A stretch of DNA of 64,000 nucleotides from Ascidiella aspersa (Eukaryota): contig OZ004607.1 of NCBI GenBank assembly GCA_963924565.1, positions 2,232,001-2,296,000 on the forward strand, read 5' to 3'. Below the pieces are notes generated by a model, which had not been told where the DNA came from, made no database searches, and worked only from the letters and a program-made list of their open reading frames with translations. Of this stretch, positions 63,734 to 64,000 are shown one piece after another. Every line of letters starts with the position of its first letter. Positions within the stretch are counted from its first letter, which is position 1. Position numbers and translations under genes: made by a program.

Positions 63734-64000
63734 TAAATTGGCCTGGTCTTCGAAACTTCGGACGCTGGCCATTAATGATGCATATAAGGCATACTTTAGT
63801 TTTAGACTGTTTTTTTATCGAACGGAAAAAGTCTATTAAAGTGTTATTTAAGGATGCGTTAATCTAACTTTAAACCTAGAAAATCATAGTTGTCCTAATT
63901 CTAAAAACCGTTTGCAACTGACTTCTAGGATCAGAAAGAAGCAGGTTTAAAACGAAACCCGGTGATAAATCTGGAGAGCTTTACATTTTTCATCTAGACA

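Overview
AT-rich eukaryotic (animal) genomic DNA, not prokaryotic. The compact GT-AG introns and strong excess of TGACGTCA look invertebrate-chordate (ascidian-like), but that is an impression only. One + strand gene dominates the window: a transmembrane semaphorin of class 6 type (Sema + PSI + TM + proline-rich tail, no Ig domain). I reconstructed it by hand as 22 phase-consistent coding exons from 13843 to 63298 (3471 nt, 1156 aa), including a 24.9 kb second intron. Two observations stand out. (1) Intron 15 contains a 1.7 kb open exon (51119-52821) whose acceptor is in phase with exon 15. It predicts a second, TM-less 1302-aa isoform with an unrecognised, Cys-containing, highly basic 567-aa C-terminus. 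(2) The introns carry short repeats built around a minimal type-I hammerhead ribozyme of the kind associated with Penelope-like elements. Two sense copies with intact cores sit in the intron after the TM exon (58382-58417, 58885-58938), and an antisense copy carrying G5A forms a hairpin in the last intron. Also present: inverted MITE-like copies flanking the TM exon, several tandem repeats (one overlaps the stop codon), and clusters of CRE-like and RFX-like motifs.
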